Assembly (NCBI GenBank): GCA_963816145.1
Contig: CAWFJP010000005.1
Location: 128,001-192,000 of the forward strand
Reading direction: 5' to 3'
DNA length: 64,000 bases
Origin: an uncultured delta proteobacterium
Lineage (GTDB): Bacteria; Desulfobacterota; Binatia; UBA9968
Position 1 is the first letter of the stretch. Each line of letters starts with the position of its first letter. The notes under the pieces are model-generated. The model was not told the DNA's origin. It did not search any database and was given only the letters and a program-made list of their open reading frames with translations. Below, piece by piece: positions 30,459-40,496 of this stretch. Made by a program: the position numbers and the translations under genes.

Positions 30459-30642
30459 TGACGGGGGAAGGTTGGGATGGGGGTGCTGCGCACGCTATTG
30501 AAAATGATGGGCACCCCCACTCTAACTCTCCCCCGTCGAGGGGGAGAGAATGGGAAACGCAGCGATTGAAGCGGGTACAGCGATTGTCAGCTATAACAAC
30601 TGAGCTTCAACTTAATTGATTTAAGATTTTGGAGGTTCCAAC

Positions 30643-31422
30643 ATGAGTGCAGATACGACCCCCGGTTACGATCTTCTTTACGACATCATTCGGCGCCGCT
30701 CGAGCGTGCGCAAGTTGAAACCCGATCCAATTCCCGACGAATACATCGGCAAGATTCTCGAAGCCGGGCGCTGGGCGATGTCGGGGGCCAACTCGCAGCC
30801 TTGGGAATACATCGTCGTCAAAGATGCCAAAGTAAAAAAGGATCTGTTTCGCTGCTACTCGGAGGACAACACCGACTTTATCTACTGGATGGAGCAGCAG
30901 CGGGTGTTCGAGTTGCGCCATCCGGCCTATCAGATGACCGCCGACGAGGCGGTGGAGCGCCAGCGGCGCGGCGCCGGTTGGTCCGAGGCGCCGGCGTTGA
31001 TCGTCGTCGTCGGCGACGGACGGCGCCAGTGGGGCACGGTGCAAGGCGCGCATACCTTCGGCCGCGATCAATCGCATCTCACCGATGGACTGGCGAATAC
31101 TTGCACATTTATGCATCTGGCCGCGGTGTCACTGGGACTGGCGACCCAGTGGGTGACGATTCATGTCCAGGAGCCGTTTAAGAAAGTTCTCGGCGTGCCC
31201 GACTTGATGATGCTCTATCTGATCATTCCCATCGGCTACCCGGCGGTGCAGCCCTCCGAAGGCGTGCGCCGGCCGCTCGAAGAAATCGTCCATCACGATC
31301 ACTACGAGCAGGACAAGTTCATGAGCAACGAGCGGGTGATTCAATTCCTCTACGAACTGCGCGGCAAGACGTTGCAGACGTATCGGCAGTCGTATGTGGG
31401 GAAGGAAGCGGAGAAGAAGTAA
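30643..31422 (+). CDS. Nitroreductase family protein (paralog of 21136..21921)
   Basis: RRSSVRK, WAMSGANSQPWEY, GDGRRQWGTV, AHTFGRDQSHLTDGLAN shared with the first copy. Confidence 0.9.
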   Translation: MSADTTPGYDLLYDIIRRRSSVRKLKPDPIPDEYIGKILEAGRWAMSGANSQPWEYIVVKDAKVKKDLFRCYSEDNTDFIYWMEQQRVFELRHPAYQMTADEAVERQRRGAGWSEAPALIVVVGDGRRQWGTVQGAHTFGRDQSHLTDGLANTCTFMHLAAVSLGLATQWVTIHVQEPFKKVLGVPDLMMLYLIIPIGYPAVQPSEGVRRPLEEIVHHDHYEQDKFMSNERVIQFLYELRGKTLQTYRQSYVGKEAEKK

Positions 31423-31425
31423 GGG

Positions 31426-32454
31426 GTGACGGGTAAGGGGTTAGGCGTGTTCGGGAAATCGATAGTAACATTAATCGGCCTATTGCTCGCTATTGTTCTC
31501 GATAGTAGAGCTTTTGGCGCGCAGGTTAAGATCACCGTGGGGTATGGCGGCGAGTTGGGGTATCAGGCGCCGATTTGGGTGGCGCATGAGCTGAAGTTGT
31601 TCGCCAAATATGGGATGAACTCTGAACTGGTGCGCATCGCCGGCGGGGCGCGCAGTACGGCCGCGCTGTTGGCGAACGCATTGCAACTGTCACAGAGCGC
31701 GGGTGTGGCACCGGTGCAGGCGAACTTGGCCGGCGGCGACCTGGTGATCATCGCGACTTCGACCAATCGGCCGACGGTCAGCATTGTCGGCCAGCCGAAG
31801 ACGGTGAAGAAACCCCAGGACTTGGTCGGCAAGACCGTCGGGCTCGTCGGTCCGGGGGAGATGAACACGTTCTTTTTTCTCAACGCGCTGGAGCGTTGGG
31901 GCATCGATCCGAAGTCGGTCACGGTTCTCGCCATCCCAGGTACGCAGCCGCGGCTTGCCGCGGTGGTCGCCGGCACCATCGATGCAACCGTTTTGGCGCC
32001 GCCGTTTAGTTTCGAGGCGGAGCGCTACAATCTGACGCCGCTGGCAGACTTCGCCACCGGCACGGAACCGTTCCCGCAATCCGGCTTGGTCGTGCGCAAG
32101 GAGCTGCTGCGCGGCAATCGGGACCTAGTCAAGCGCATGTTGATGGCCTACGTCGAGGCGATTCATGTCCTCAAAACCGATGTCGAGAGAAGTCTGCCGA
32201 TCATGAAGAAATACATGCGCATCACCGACGAGGTTATCGCCAAGCGCAGTTACGAATACTATTCCAAACTGTTTTCACTCCCGCCGCTGACGGACGAAAA
32301 AGGCATCGGCGTGGTGCTCAACTTTCTCGCCACCCAGCCGGGCGGAGCCGGCGCGAAGAACGCCAAAGCCGAAGAATTTTTCGACAACAGTTTGCTACAG
32401 GAGTTGCGCAAGGAAGGATTCTTCGCCCGGCTGCAAGGCGGCAAGGGGTTGTGA
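31426..32454 (+). CDS. NMT1/SsuA-like ABC transporter substrate-binding protein
   Basis: Signal peptide; IWVA...LFAKYG; DLVGKTVG; FFDNS (start uncertain). Confidence 0.85.
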   Translation: MTGKGLGVFGKSIVTLIGLLLAIVLDSRAFGAQVKITVGYGGELGYQAPIWVAHELKLFAKYGMNSELVRIAGGARSTAALLANALQLSQSAGVAPVQANLAGGDLVIIATSTNRPTVSIVGQPKTVKKPQDLVGKTVGLVGPGEMNTFFFLNALERWGIDPKSVTVLAIPGTQPRLAAVVAGTIDATVLAPPFSFEAERYNLTPLADFATGTEPFPQSGLVVRKELLRGNRDLVKRMLMAYVEAIHVLKTDVERSLPIMKKYMRITDEVIAKRSYEYYSKLFSLPPLTDEKGIGVVLNFLATQPGGAGAKNAKAEEFFDNSLLQELRKEGFFARLQGGKGL

Positions 32455-32468
32455 GCCGAGAGAAGAAA

Positions 32469-32559
32469 ATTAACCACAAAGAGCACATAGACCACAAAGT
32501 AAGAAGAATCCGAATCCGATTATTCCCGCTATGTGACCTTTGTGCTCTTTGTGGTTAAA
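32469..32559. repeat. Inverted clusters of 9-bp period CACAAAG/CTTTGTG repeats
   Basis: aaccacaaag agcacatag accacaaag ... ctatgtgac ctttgtgct ctttgtggtt; single arm also at 28643-28668. Confidence 0.8.
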
Positions 32560-32573
32560 TATCCGAGGTGTTT

Positions 32574-34256
32574 ATGTCCGTTGATCCCATCACCGTAGAA
32601 ATTATCCGCTGCGCTTTGAAAGCCGCTGCCAACGAGATGTCGGCGGTTTTGAAGAAGACAGCCTATAACATGATGATCTACGAGGTGCAGGATTACTGCG
32701 TCGCGGTGCTCGATGATGAGGGGCGGACGATGTCGCAGAACGAGGGCGCCTTGCCGATCTTTCTCGCCGACTTAGGCGTGGCGGTGCAAGATGGAATCGA
32801 GGTTTACGGCAAGGAAAATATTCATCCCGGCGATGTCTTTCTGGTCAATCATCCGGAGATCTGCGGCCAGCACTTGAACAACATGGCGGTGTACACGCCG
32901 TTTTTTTGGGACGGCAAGTTGGTCAGCTTTCTCGCCGTGCGCGCTCATTGGATCGATGTCGGCGGCGGCAGCACGGGGTTCGGGTCGAGCAACACGCGCG
33001 ATGTTTACGAAGAAGGCTTGCAGGTGCGCTCGGTGAAAATCTACAAACGCGGCGAGCCGAATACCGAAGTGCTGCACTTGATCGAGGACAACATTCGCTT
33101 TCCCGAGTCATCGCTCGGCGATCTGCGGGCGCAGATCGCCTGCTGCCGCACCGGTGAAGAACGGTTGGAGCAGATCTGCCGCAAGTACGGCGGCGCGCGA
33201 TTTCAAGAGGCGGTGCAGGCGATCTGGCATCAAACCGATAAGCTCGTGCGCGAATCGGTGCGGGCGATTCCCGACGGCGTTTACGAAGCCTCGTCGTTTC
33301 TCGACGACGACGGCCGGGTGATGAACAAGACCATTCCGCTTAAGATCAAAGTCGAAGTGCACGGCGACGAGTTTATCATCGATTATTCAGAAGTGGCGGA
33401 TCAAGTGCCGGGCTTCATCAACTGTGGCGCGTCGGGCGGTATGGCCGCGGCACGGGTGGCTTTCAAAGCGCTCACTTCGCCGCGCGGCGAAGTCAACGAA
33501 GGCTCGTTCCTCGCGCTCAAAGTGATTTTGCCGCCGGGCAAACTCTTGAGCGCGCGCCGGCCCGCGCCCATCGGCGGCTGGAGTCTGTCCTTGCCGACGG
33601 TGCTCGATACGATCTTTCGCGCCCTGGCGCCTGCGCTACCGGAGCGCGTGCCCGCGGCACACAAGGGCGATATGGGCGGCTACGCCATCTTCGGCATGAA
33701 CTCCAAAACCGGCCGGCGCTACGTCTGCCAAAATATCATCGGCGGCGGCTGGGGCGGCCGGCCCTTCGAAGACGGCGTCTCCTCCGCCGTGTCGATGTGC
33801 CAGGGCGATGTCAAAAACACGCCCATCGAATTGCAGGAACTGTATTATCCTTTGCTCTACGAGTGCCATCAGTTTCGCGCCGATAGCGGCGGCGCCGGCA
33901 AGTATCGCGGCGGCAACGGCGTCGAAGTGCGGGTCAAGCCGCTGGAGAATTGTTTCTTGAGCCGCAACACCGATCGCATCAAGTGTCCGCCTTGGGGTTT
34001 ACTGGGCGGCGCAGCGGCGATGGTCAACGAGACGCGCATCGAGCGCGGCGGCAAAGACGAACCGCTGCCCGGAAAGTTTAGCCACTTGCAGGTCCATCCC
34101 GGTGAGAGGGTGACGATATTTACGGCGGGCGGCGGCGGTTACGGCGCGCCCGACAAGCGCGACGCGGCGGCGGTACGGCGCGATGTCGCGCTCGGTTATC
34201 TGTCGCGGCACAATGCCCAGAAAAGCTACCCGCATGCCTTTTCGTCGAAGTCGTAA
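32574..34256 (+). CDS. Hydantoinase B/oxoprolinase family protein (second paralog)
   Basis: DPITVEII, AHWIDVGG, GDLRAQ, SGGAGKYRGG, TAGGGGYG. Confidence 0.93.
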   Translation: MSVDPITVEIIRCALKAAANEMSAVLKKTAYNMMIYEVQDYCVAVLDDEGRTMSQNEGALPIFLADLGVAVQDGIEVYGKENIHPGDVFLVNHPEICGQHLNNMAVYTPFFWDGKLVSFLAVRAHWIDVGGGSTGFGSSNTRDVYEEGLQVRSVKIYKRGEPNTEVLHLIEDNIRFPESSLGDLRAQIACCRTGEERLEQICRKYGGARFQEAVQAIWHQTDKLVRESVRAIPDGVYEASSFLDDDGRVMNKTIPLKIKVEVHGDEFIIDYSEVADQVPGFINCGASGGMAAARVAFKALTSPRGEVNEGSFLALKVILPPGKLLSARRPAPIGGWSLSLPTVLDTIFRALAPALPERVPAAHKGDMGGYAIFGMNSKTGRRYVCQNIIGGGWGGRPFEDGVSSAVSMCQGDVKNTPIELQELYYPLLYECHQFRADSGGAGKYRGGNGVEVRVKPLENCFLSRNTDRIKCPPWGLLGGAAAMVNETRIERGGKDEPLPGKFSHLQVHPGERVTIFTAGGGGYGAPDKRDAAAVRRDVALGYLSRHNAQKSYPHAFSSKS

Positions 34257-34284
34257 TCCTAACAGCCGTCGAAAGTCGGAGGCG

Positions 34285-35340
34285 ATGATGAACAGACTGA
34301 TTCGATACTCGATGCTGACGATTCTCGTCTTATTGTCTAGCGCCAATGGTTGGGCGCAGGCGAAGAAAACTTTTTCGCTCGCCGAACTCGGTGCCTACAC
34401 GGGTGCAGACCGCGAGCAACGGCTAATCGCCGGGGCGAAGGCGGAGGGCAAGGTGGTTTGGTACACCTCGCTCGCCGGCAGCTCCTACAAAGATCTCGCC
34501 AAAGGCTTCGAGACCAAGTACGGCCTCAAGATCGAACCCTATCGCGCCACCAGCTCAGACATTATGACCAAGGTGACGGCGGAGGCACAGGCCAAACAGG
34601 TCATCGCCGATGTGATCGAGACGACCTTGCCGACGCTGCGCTTTCTGCGCGAGAGCAAACTGCTAATTCCATACACGTCCGTGCATCTCGCCAAATATCC
34701 GGCGCACGCCAAGGAAAACGCCACCAAGGGTTTGGTCTACTGGGGGATCGACCGCGAGACCTACATGGGCGTGGGCTACAATACCAATCTGATTCCCGCC
34801 ACGGCGATCCCAAAAAACTACGGTGATCTCCTCAAGCCGGAGCTCAAGGGCAAGATCGGTTTCGTTTCCAATGAGACCGGCACGCGAACGTTGGGCTCGA
34901 TTCTCAACATCAAGGGCGAAGAGTTCGTCAAGAGATTACGCGTCCAGGAAATCTCTTTGCACAATATCTCGGGCCGGGCGATGGCCGATCTCGTCATGTC
35001 GGGTGAAGTGGCGCTATCGCCGACAATCTTTCGCGATCACGCGCTGGAGGCGAAGGCCAAAGGCGCGCCGATCGACTGGGCGGCGATGGAAGTGGTGCCG
35101 ACCAACGCCGGTGGTGTGTCGCTGGTCGCGCAGGCGCCCCATCCCTACGCCGCGGTCCTGCTCACGGATTTTCTTCTCGGCCCTGAGGCGGCAAAAATCC
35201 TCGGGGATTTAGAATATGGCAGCGTGTTCAAGCCGGTTTCCTACAAACTCTGGTATCCCGAGACAGGTCTATCGACGGTGCAGTACGACAAGGCAGCCGA
35301 GCGCTGGGAAAAGCTTTTGCGGGAGATCGGTAAGAAATAG
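34285..35340 (+). CDS. Extracellular solute-binding protein (iron/polyamine-type ABC SBP)
   Basis: RBS GGAGG; signal peptide; AKAEGKVVWYTS; YNTNL; DLLKPELKGKI; APHPYAA.L..DFLL. Confidence 0.85.
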   Translation: MMNRLIRYSMLTILVLLSSANGWAQAKKTFSLAELGAYTGADREQRLIAGAKAEGKVVWYTSLAGSSYKDLAKGFETKYGLKIEPYRATSSDIMTKVTAEAQAKQVIADVIETTLPTLRFLRESKLLIPYTSVHLAKYPAHAKENATKGLVYWGIDRETYMGVGYNTNLIPATAIPKNYGDLLKPELKGKIGFVSNETGTRTLGSILNIKGEEFVKRLRVQEISLHNISGRAMADLVMSGEVALSPTIFRDHALEAKAKGAPIDWAAMEVVPTNAGGVSLVAQAPHPYAAVLLTDFLLGPEAAKILGDLEYGSVFKPVSYKLWYPETGLSTVQYDKAAERWEKLLREIGKK

Positions 35341-35349
35341 TTTTGACAA

Positions 35350-36327
35350 TCAGCGGTACAAACCGTCGATGTAGCCGCTACGATCCAGGTCTTCTAGGTA
35401 TTTTGTATCGATGAAGTCCTTCGGATCGGCGCTTTTCGCGGCCGGGATTTGGTCGGCCAACTCGGCAAACACGGCTTTGAATCCATCCATCGTCGGGTAC
35501 GGTTTGCGCGGCAGGAAGCTGCGCAGGACTTGCATGGCTTCTTCTTGTTCTCGGTCTTGTTGCAGGCGGATGTAGCGGCGGAACGCTTGCTTGGCAACCT
35601 CGGCATTGGTCATGGCCAGATGGATGCCTTCGACAAAAGATTTGACCACGCGCCGGGAAATGTCCGGCGCTTTCGACAACTGGGCGCGCGTCGTAACGAG
35701 GCCGGTGTGTTGAAAGGGAACGTTCATCTCTTCCATGTTAGCGAGCACGCGCATGCCGGCGTCCTGCGCCTTCTTATGATCCGGCGGTTCAACAATAGTC
35801 GCATCGATGCTGTTTGCGATCAGCGCCGCCAGGCGCGTCGGAGCGCCACCGACTTGAATCAACGTCAAATCTTTTTCCGGATTGAAGCCGAGTTTACCGA
35901 GCAGCAGGCGAGTGGCGCGATCAGCGCCGGCGCCGAAGCGCGACACGCCGACCCGTTTACCTCTCAGATCGGCGACGGAAGCGATTTCCGGTCGGGTGAT
36001 CAAACGATACAAAAGTTTGTTGAGGAAGCCAGCGATCATGACTAGGTCCGCACCTTGCAACCGGGGCGCGGACATCAACGAGCCGGTCATCTCGCCGAAG
36101 GCGATGTTGCCGGCGATCAGCGCGCGCTGCACCAAGGCGCTTTCCAGATAAAGCACTTCGACGTCGAGGCCGTTTTTCTCGAAGAGCCTGCCTTCCTTGG
36201 TGATCCACAGGACAGACATCGCCACCGACGGCGCGCCGTAGCCGATACGCAGCTTGTCGGCGGCCAAGCTCGGATGAATCAATCCGCTACCGAGTGTGAA
36301 GAGGAGAGTGAGAAGGCCGCAGCGCAT
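35350..36327 (-). CDS. NMT1/SsuA-like ABC transporter substrate-binding protein
   Basis: Signal peptide; FEKNGLDVE; DLRGKRVGVSRFG; LDRSGYID. Confidence 0.88.
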   Translation of the reverse strand: MRCGLLTLLFTLGSGLIHPSLAADKLRIGYGAPSVAMSVLWITKEGRLFEKNGLDVEVLYLESALVQRALIAGNIAFGEMTGSLMSAPRLQGADLVMIAGFLNKLLYRLITRPEIASVADLRGKRVGVSRFGAGADRATRLLLGKLGFNPEKDLTLIQVGGAPTRLAALIANSIDATIVEPPDHKKAQDAGMRVLANMEEMNVPFQHTGLVTTRAQLSKAPDISRRVVKSFVEGIHLAMTNAEVAKQAFRRYIRLQQDREQEEAMQVLRSFLPRKPYPTMDGFKAVFAELADQIPAAKSADPKDFIDTKYLEDLDRSGYIDGLYR

Positions 36328-36344
36328 GATTGGGTGTTCTGATG

Positions 36345-36474
36345 GGTTCCAATCGTTCCAGTTGTTCCAAGGTTTCAGAGGTTACCTAACCGAGACCATT
36401 TCTCACAGAGTCGGTGAAGCGATCCAAGAGCCTTAAACGAATGGAACATTTGGAACCACTGGAACCGTTGGAAC
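36345..36474. repeat. Inverted clusters of 9-bp period GTTCCA/TGGAAC repeats
   Basis: 3-4 units on each arm. Confidence 0.82.
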
Positions 36475-36482
36475 GGAATTTT

Positions 36483-37882
36483 TCATTGCCTTGTGACGCA
36501 ACCCTTCAGACCTTCGTGGTAGCCCCGGTCCCAGGCTTCTTCGTAGTCGGGCAATTCGTTCAATAGAAGAATATCGTCGTAGGTGCCGTGGCCGGAACCG
36601 ATGCGCCGTTCGGGATGGACGCATTCGCGGCGCGGCATGGGTAAATTGTATTTCTTCCAGCTGTTATAGTAGTTGCCCATGAGCTGTAGATAATATTCCA
36701 GCGGGATCGGCGGCTGCTGCCATTGCGATCCCAAGTTGGAGCCAGGTTCGCGGCGCCATTGGTTGAAGCGCGGGATGATGCCGTGGCTCATCATGAAATC
36801 GACGCCGTCGGAAGTGGATTTCACCGCCTCGGCGACGGTTTCGAAGCCGTAGGGTTTTGCCATCTCGACGCCGCCGACGAAGTTGGGCCGGACGTTGCCT
36901 TCGCCAAAAATATCGACTTCGTCGATCATGCTTCTCACCCAGCCGTCCCAGCCGACGCGGCGGTTCTTGCCGGGGTTGATCCATTCGAAAAGCGTTTCTC
37001 CCATACTTCCATATTCGAATGATGGCAGTCCACGCCGGCGGCGCGGTAGTGCTTCATCGTGTCTTTGTCTTGGGCGTTGGACTGCAGGTTGACAAATCTG
37101 CGCCGGCCGCCCCATTTGAGCGCCGAGACATATTCGGAATAAAAGTCGAGCTCGTTCTTGCCGTGGAGGGTTTTCAAAATCGTCCCGCCGGTGATGAGGA
37201 AATCCATCGGCGGGGTGAAGCCGACTTCCTCGGTCGCGTCTTGTTCGATGGAGCGCGCGACTTCGACCATGTATTTCACTGGTTTCACCGGCGCGTCGAA
37301 AGTGAAGTCCTTGGATTCCTTCATCTGCCGGGCGTTGATGTTGATGTCGCAGAAGCGGCATTCCTCGTCGGGGCCCCAGTACTGGCAATTGCGAAACACC
37401 GTGACGAAGTAGCCGAAGGCGATGATCTCGTGATAGGCCGTGCCGTCGTCGAACTTGCGCGTGTAGTATTTCATCGGCTTGGGAAAGTAGACCTCGCAGA
37501 TCGCTTTGCCATTGAGCAGCAGCATCGGTTGGCCGTCGACGACGTCGATGACATAGGGCGAGTTGGAATCGAGGGTGGTCTGAATGCTCACCGGTCTGAG
37601 GCCGTACATGCCGCGCCGGATGGTGAACCACTCGGGGATCTTGCGGTGCTCTTTGCGCTTCATGTCCTTCATCGCCATGAGATCGTAGGAAAACAGCCGG
37701 TAGGATTTCACCAGCGCTTGCGACGCCAACTCCAACGCGGCGTCGCTGAACCAGTGGCCGACGCGCAGCAAATCGTGCTTTAAAATTATTTCTCGCGGCA
37801 GGTCGCGATAGCGTGAAAAGTAGCTTTCGAGTTCAGGTAAGGTGCGGCTATTGGCGTCTGTGGTTTCTGAGATGGTTTCCAT
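36483..37882 (-). CDS. Radical SAM protein with CX8CX2C motif; single frameshift near 36992 (pseudogene or sequence error)
   Basis: CQYWGPDEECRFC; ITGG; NMEVW..R(L)FEWINPGK is continuous if one base is restored; NFVGGVE. Confidence 0.8.
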
Positions 37883-38081
37883 GAGTATGGTTTCCTTTCC
37901 GCGTCTGGCGTTAGGTAGCGGGGGGAGAACAGGTCCGATGGCAAAGCTCGACGATGTCACGGCATCGTCTTCGGATTGCAAACTACCTATGGCAATGTTA
38001 CGTGGCTGTCAAGTTATTAGTAGGTTGAAGCTGAAGCCACCGGGCGGAGCAGTTCTGTTCGGGTCTCGCAGGAGGGATGCG

Positions 38082-39158
38082 ATGCTTACGATCGACGCCG
38101 ATGCTCATGTCATGGAAGGGCCGCGGACCTGGGAATACTGCGACCCGTCGGAGCGCAAGTTTATGCCGGTGTTGGTCGATCCCGGCGCCGACTCCGACCG
38201 TCAGTTCTGGTTGGTCGACGGCAAGATCCGCGGCCATGTGCGCCATGTGATCAAGCCCAAGGACTTTCAGGCGCTTGCCCAGGCCAGCGGCCGGGACATG
38301 GTCGTGCCGCCGGAAGCGCAGCACCTCGAAGATGTCCCGGCGCGCATTCGCCACATGGACGAGATGGGCATTGATATTCAAGTGATGTATCCGACGATTT
38401 TCATCCAGCAGGTCACCGACAAGCCCGAGTTCGAAGTGCCGATCTGCAAAGCCTACAACCGCTGGATGGCCGATGTCTGGAAGCAAGGCAATGGCCGCTT
38501 GCGCTGGGTCTGCGTGCTGCCGCTGTTGAGTATTCATGACTCCATCGACATGTTGCCTTGGTGCAAGGAGAACGGCGCGGTGGCGGTGCTGATGCGGCCC
38601 TTCGAAGGCGACCGGTTGATCCAAGATCCGTATTTCCATCCGCTCTACGACGCGATGACAAAGCGCGATCTGCCGGTGGGCATGCATATCGGCAACGGCA
38701 ATCCGGGATGCCTGGATATCACCCGCCAGCGCGTCGGTTATGGCGCCGGCTTCTGGAGCATGTCGGCCAACACCGCCGGCGCGTGCCACGCGGTCATTAC
38801 CAGCAAGCTGCCGGAAGTGTTCCCAGCTCTGCGCTTCGGTTTCATCGAAGCCTCGGCGCAATGGATTCCCTGGGTCTTCAAAGACATCAAGCGGCGCGCC
38901 GAAGGGCGCAAGCTGCCGGAGAACTTTTTCGAAACCTATCGTCTCTATGTTTCCTGCTACAGCAGCACCGACGACATCGAATACATCGCGCAGTATTCCA
39001 CTGAAAATGTCTTGATGACCGGCACCGACTATGGCCATGTCGATATGTCGGTGGAGATCGACGCACTGCGGTCGCTGGAAAAGAGCGGCAAGGTGCGGCC
39101 CGAACTGGCGCGGAAAATTTTGTACGATAATCCGGCAAGATTTTATGGGATTCAATAA
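38082..39158 (+). CDS. Amidohydrolase_2 family protein
   Basis: IDADAH, MDEMGID.QV.YPT, AYNRW, GFIEA, GTDYGH, NPARFY. Confidence 0.9.
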   Translation: MLTIDADAHVMEGPRTWEYCDPSERKFMPVLVDPGADSDRQFWLVDGKIRGHVRHVIKPKDFQALAQASGRDMVVPPEAQHLEDVPARIRHMDEMGIDIQVMYPTIFIQQVTDKPEFEVPICKAYNRWMADVWKQGNGRLRWVCVLPLLSIHDSIDMLPWCKENGAVAVLMRPFEGDRLIQDPYFHPLYDAMTKRDLPVGMHIGNGNPGCLDITRQRVGYGAGFWSMSANTAGACHAVITSKLPEVFPALRFGFIEASAQWIPWVFKDIKRRAEGRKLPENFFETYRLYVSCYSSTDDIEYIAQYSTENVLMTGTDYGHVDMSVEIDALRSLEKSGKVRPELARKILYDNPARFYGIQ

Positions 39159-39165
39159 ATCAAAC

Positions 39166-39201
39166 CGTTCCAATTGTTCCAGGGGGTTCCAATCGTTCCA
39201 G
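39166..39201. repeat. Single arm of GTTCCA tandem repeat
   Basis: 4 units at about 9-bp spacing. Confidence 0.7.
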
Positions 39202-39217
39202 TTGTTTTAACCGGTGA

Positions 39218-40216
39218 TTGTGGATGATGCGGTTAACTTCAGTTCGATTCGCGGCTGTATATGTTTTATCTGCGTTCTTTACCAACGCCGACGCGTTGGC
39301 GCAGCTGACCAAGCTTAACGTCGGCTATGTCGGCATCACTTCGGATAACGCCGCGGCGTTCATCGCGCGCGACATCGGAATTTACGCGCGCAATGGGCTG
39401 GATGTGCAGCTGATCTACATGAACAGCGGCAGCACGGCGGTGGCGGCTTTGATCAGCGGCGATACGCCGATCTCACAGACCGCCGGACCGAGCGTCATCA
39501 ATGCGACCATGAACGGCTCCGACATTGTGATGATCGCGGGCGGCAATGTGACACTGGATTACTGGATGCTCAGCCGTCCCGAGATCAAGAGCGCTGAGCA
39601 GTTGAAGGGCGGCGCGGTGGCGATCAGCCGCTTCGGCTCGGCGTCCGATTTCATCGTCCGCTATGCGCTGCAGCGACTGGGGTTGGTTCCTGTGAAGGAC
39701 GTGGCGATCTTGCAAGTCGGGTCGCTGACTGAACGGCTCGCCGCGATGGAAACCAAGCGTGTGCAGGCCACCGTGCTGGCACCGCCGGCCATGTATCAAG
39801 CGCAAATGCGCGGCTTTAATATGCTCGCCGACATCGCCGCCCTCGGTCTGCCCTATCAGGCCACCGGCGTGGCGACGACGCGAAAGTTCATTCGTGAGCG
39901 GCCAGATGTTGTCCGCCGCTATATCAAAGCCCATGTCGAAGCCGTGCACCGCTTCAAGACCGACCGCGAAGCCTCGTTGAAGGTACTGGCCAAGTCACTA
40001 GCGATCTCCGACAAACAGTTGCTTGAGAGAACTTATGAAGGCGCCATCGCCGAGCATAAACTGCCGGCGAAGCAGTATCCGACGCTCGAAGGTTTGAAGA
40101 CCATCATGGCGAGCGACCCCAAAGCCAAGGGCGCGAAACCCGAAGACTTTGCCGATCTGCGTTTTATCAAAGAGCTCGACGATAGCGGTTACATCGACAA
40201 GTTGTATAAGAAATGA
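39218..40216 (+). CDS. NMT1/SsuA-like ABC transporter substrate-binding protein
   Basis: Signal peptide; GLDVQL; AISRFGS; ELDDSGYID. Confidence 0.88.
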   Translation: MWMMRLTSVRFAAVYVLSAFFTNADALAQLTKLNVGYVGITSDNAAAFIARDIGIYARNGLDVQLIYMNSGSTAVAALISGDTPISQTAGPSVINATMNGSDIVMIAGGNVTLDYWMLSRPEIKSAEQLKGGAVAISRFGSASDFIVRYALQRLGLVPVKDVAILQVGSLTERLAAMETKRVQATVLAPPAMYQAQMRGFNMLADIAALGLPYQATGVATTRKFIRERPDVVRRYIKAHVEAVHRFKTDREASLKVLAKSLAISDKQLLERTYEGAIAEHKLPAKQYPTLEGLKTIMASDPKAKGAKPEDFADLRFIKELDDSGYIDKLYKK

Positions 40217-40496
40217 ATTCCTCAAGTAACCAACCAGTGTGCCAAAGATAGTCTTACGTCATTCTTCAATCCGTTCGATGGTTGGACGCGGTTCTTGCTC
40301 GCGGCCAAATGCCGAAGGACTCCGCAACGCCGTGCTCGCTGCAAAGTAGACGTCGTTCATTGTGACTGATCAGGCGACCTTCAGCGGAGAACCGCGTAGG
40401 AATCGCTTCTTGATCCTCCCGGTTGTTCAGACCATATTGGATGGCAGATAAACGAGTCGTTCGTCAATTACCCCAGTCGAAAGCGAGAAAAACACT

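Noticed and set aside
28552-30619. Short ORFs with identical peptides (MAENTRSLAALG..., MRKCPTSVIPS...)
   Set aside because: They are translations of the MITE sequence, not genes
36985-36998. Programmed ribosomal frameshift in the radical SAM gene
   Set aside because: No canonical slippery heptamer with a stimulator; a single lost base explains it, and similar indels occur elsewhere in the window
37905-37930. TAGGTAGCGGGG resembling the 3' end of a c-di-GMP-I riboswitch
   Set aside because: The upstream GGCAAAC/GAAA/GCAAAG elements are not present in the right order
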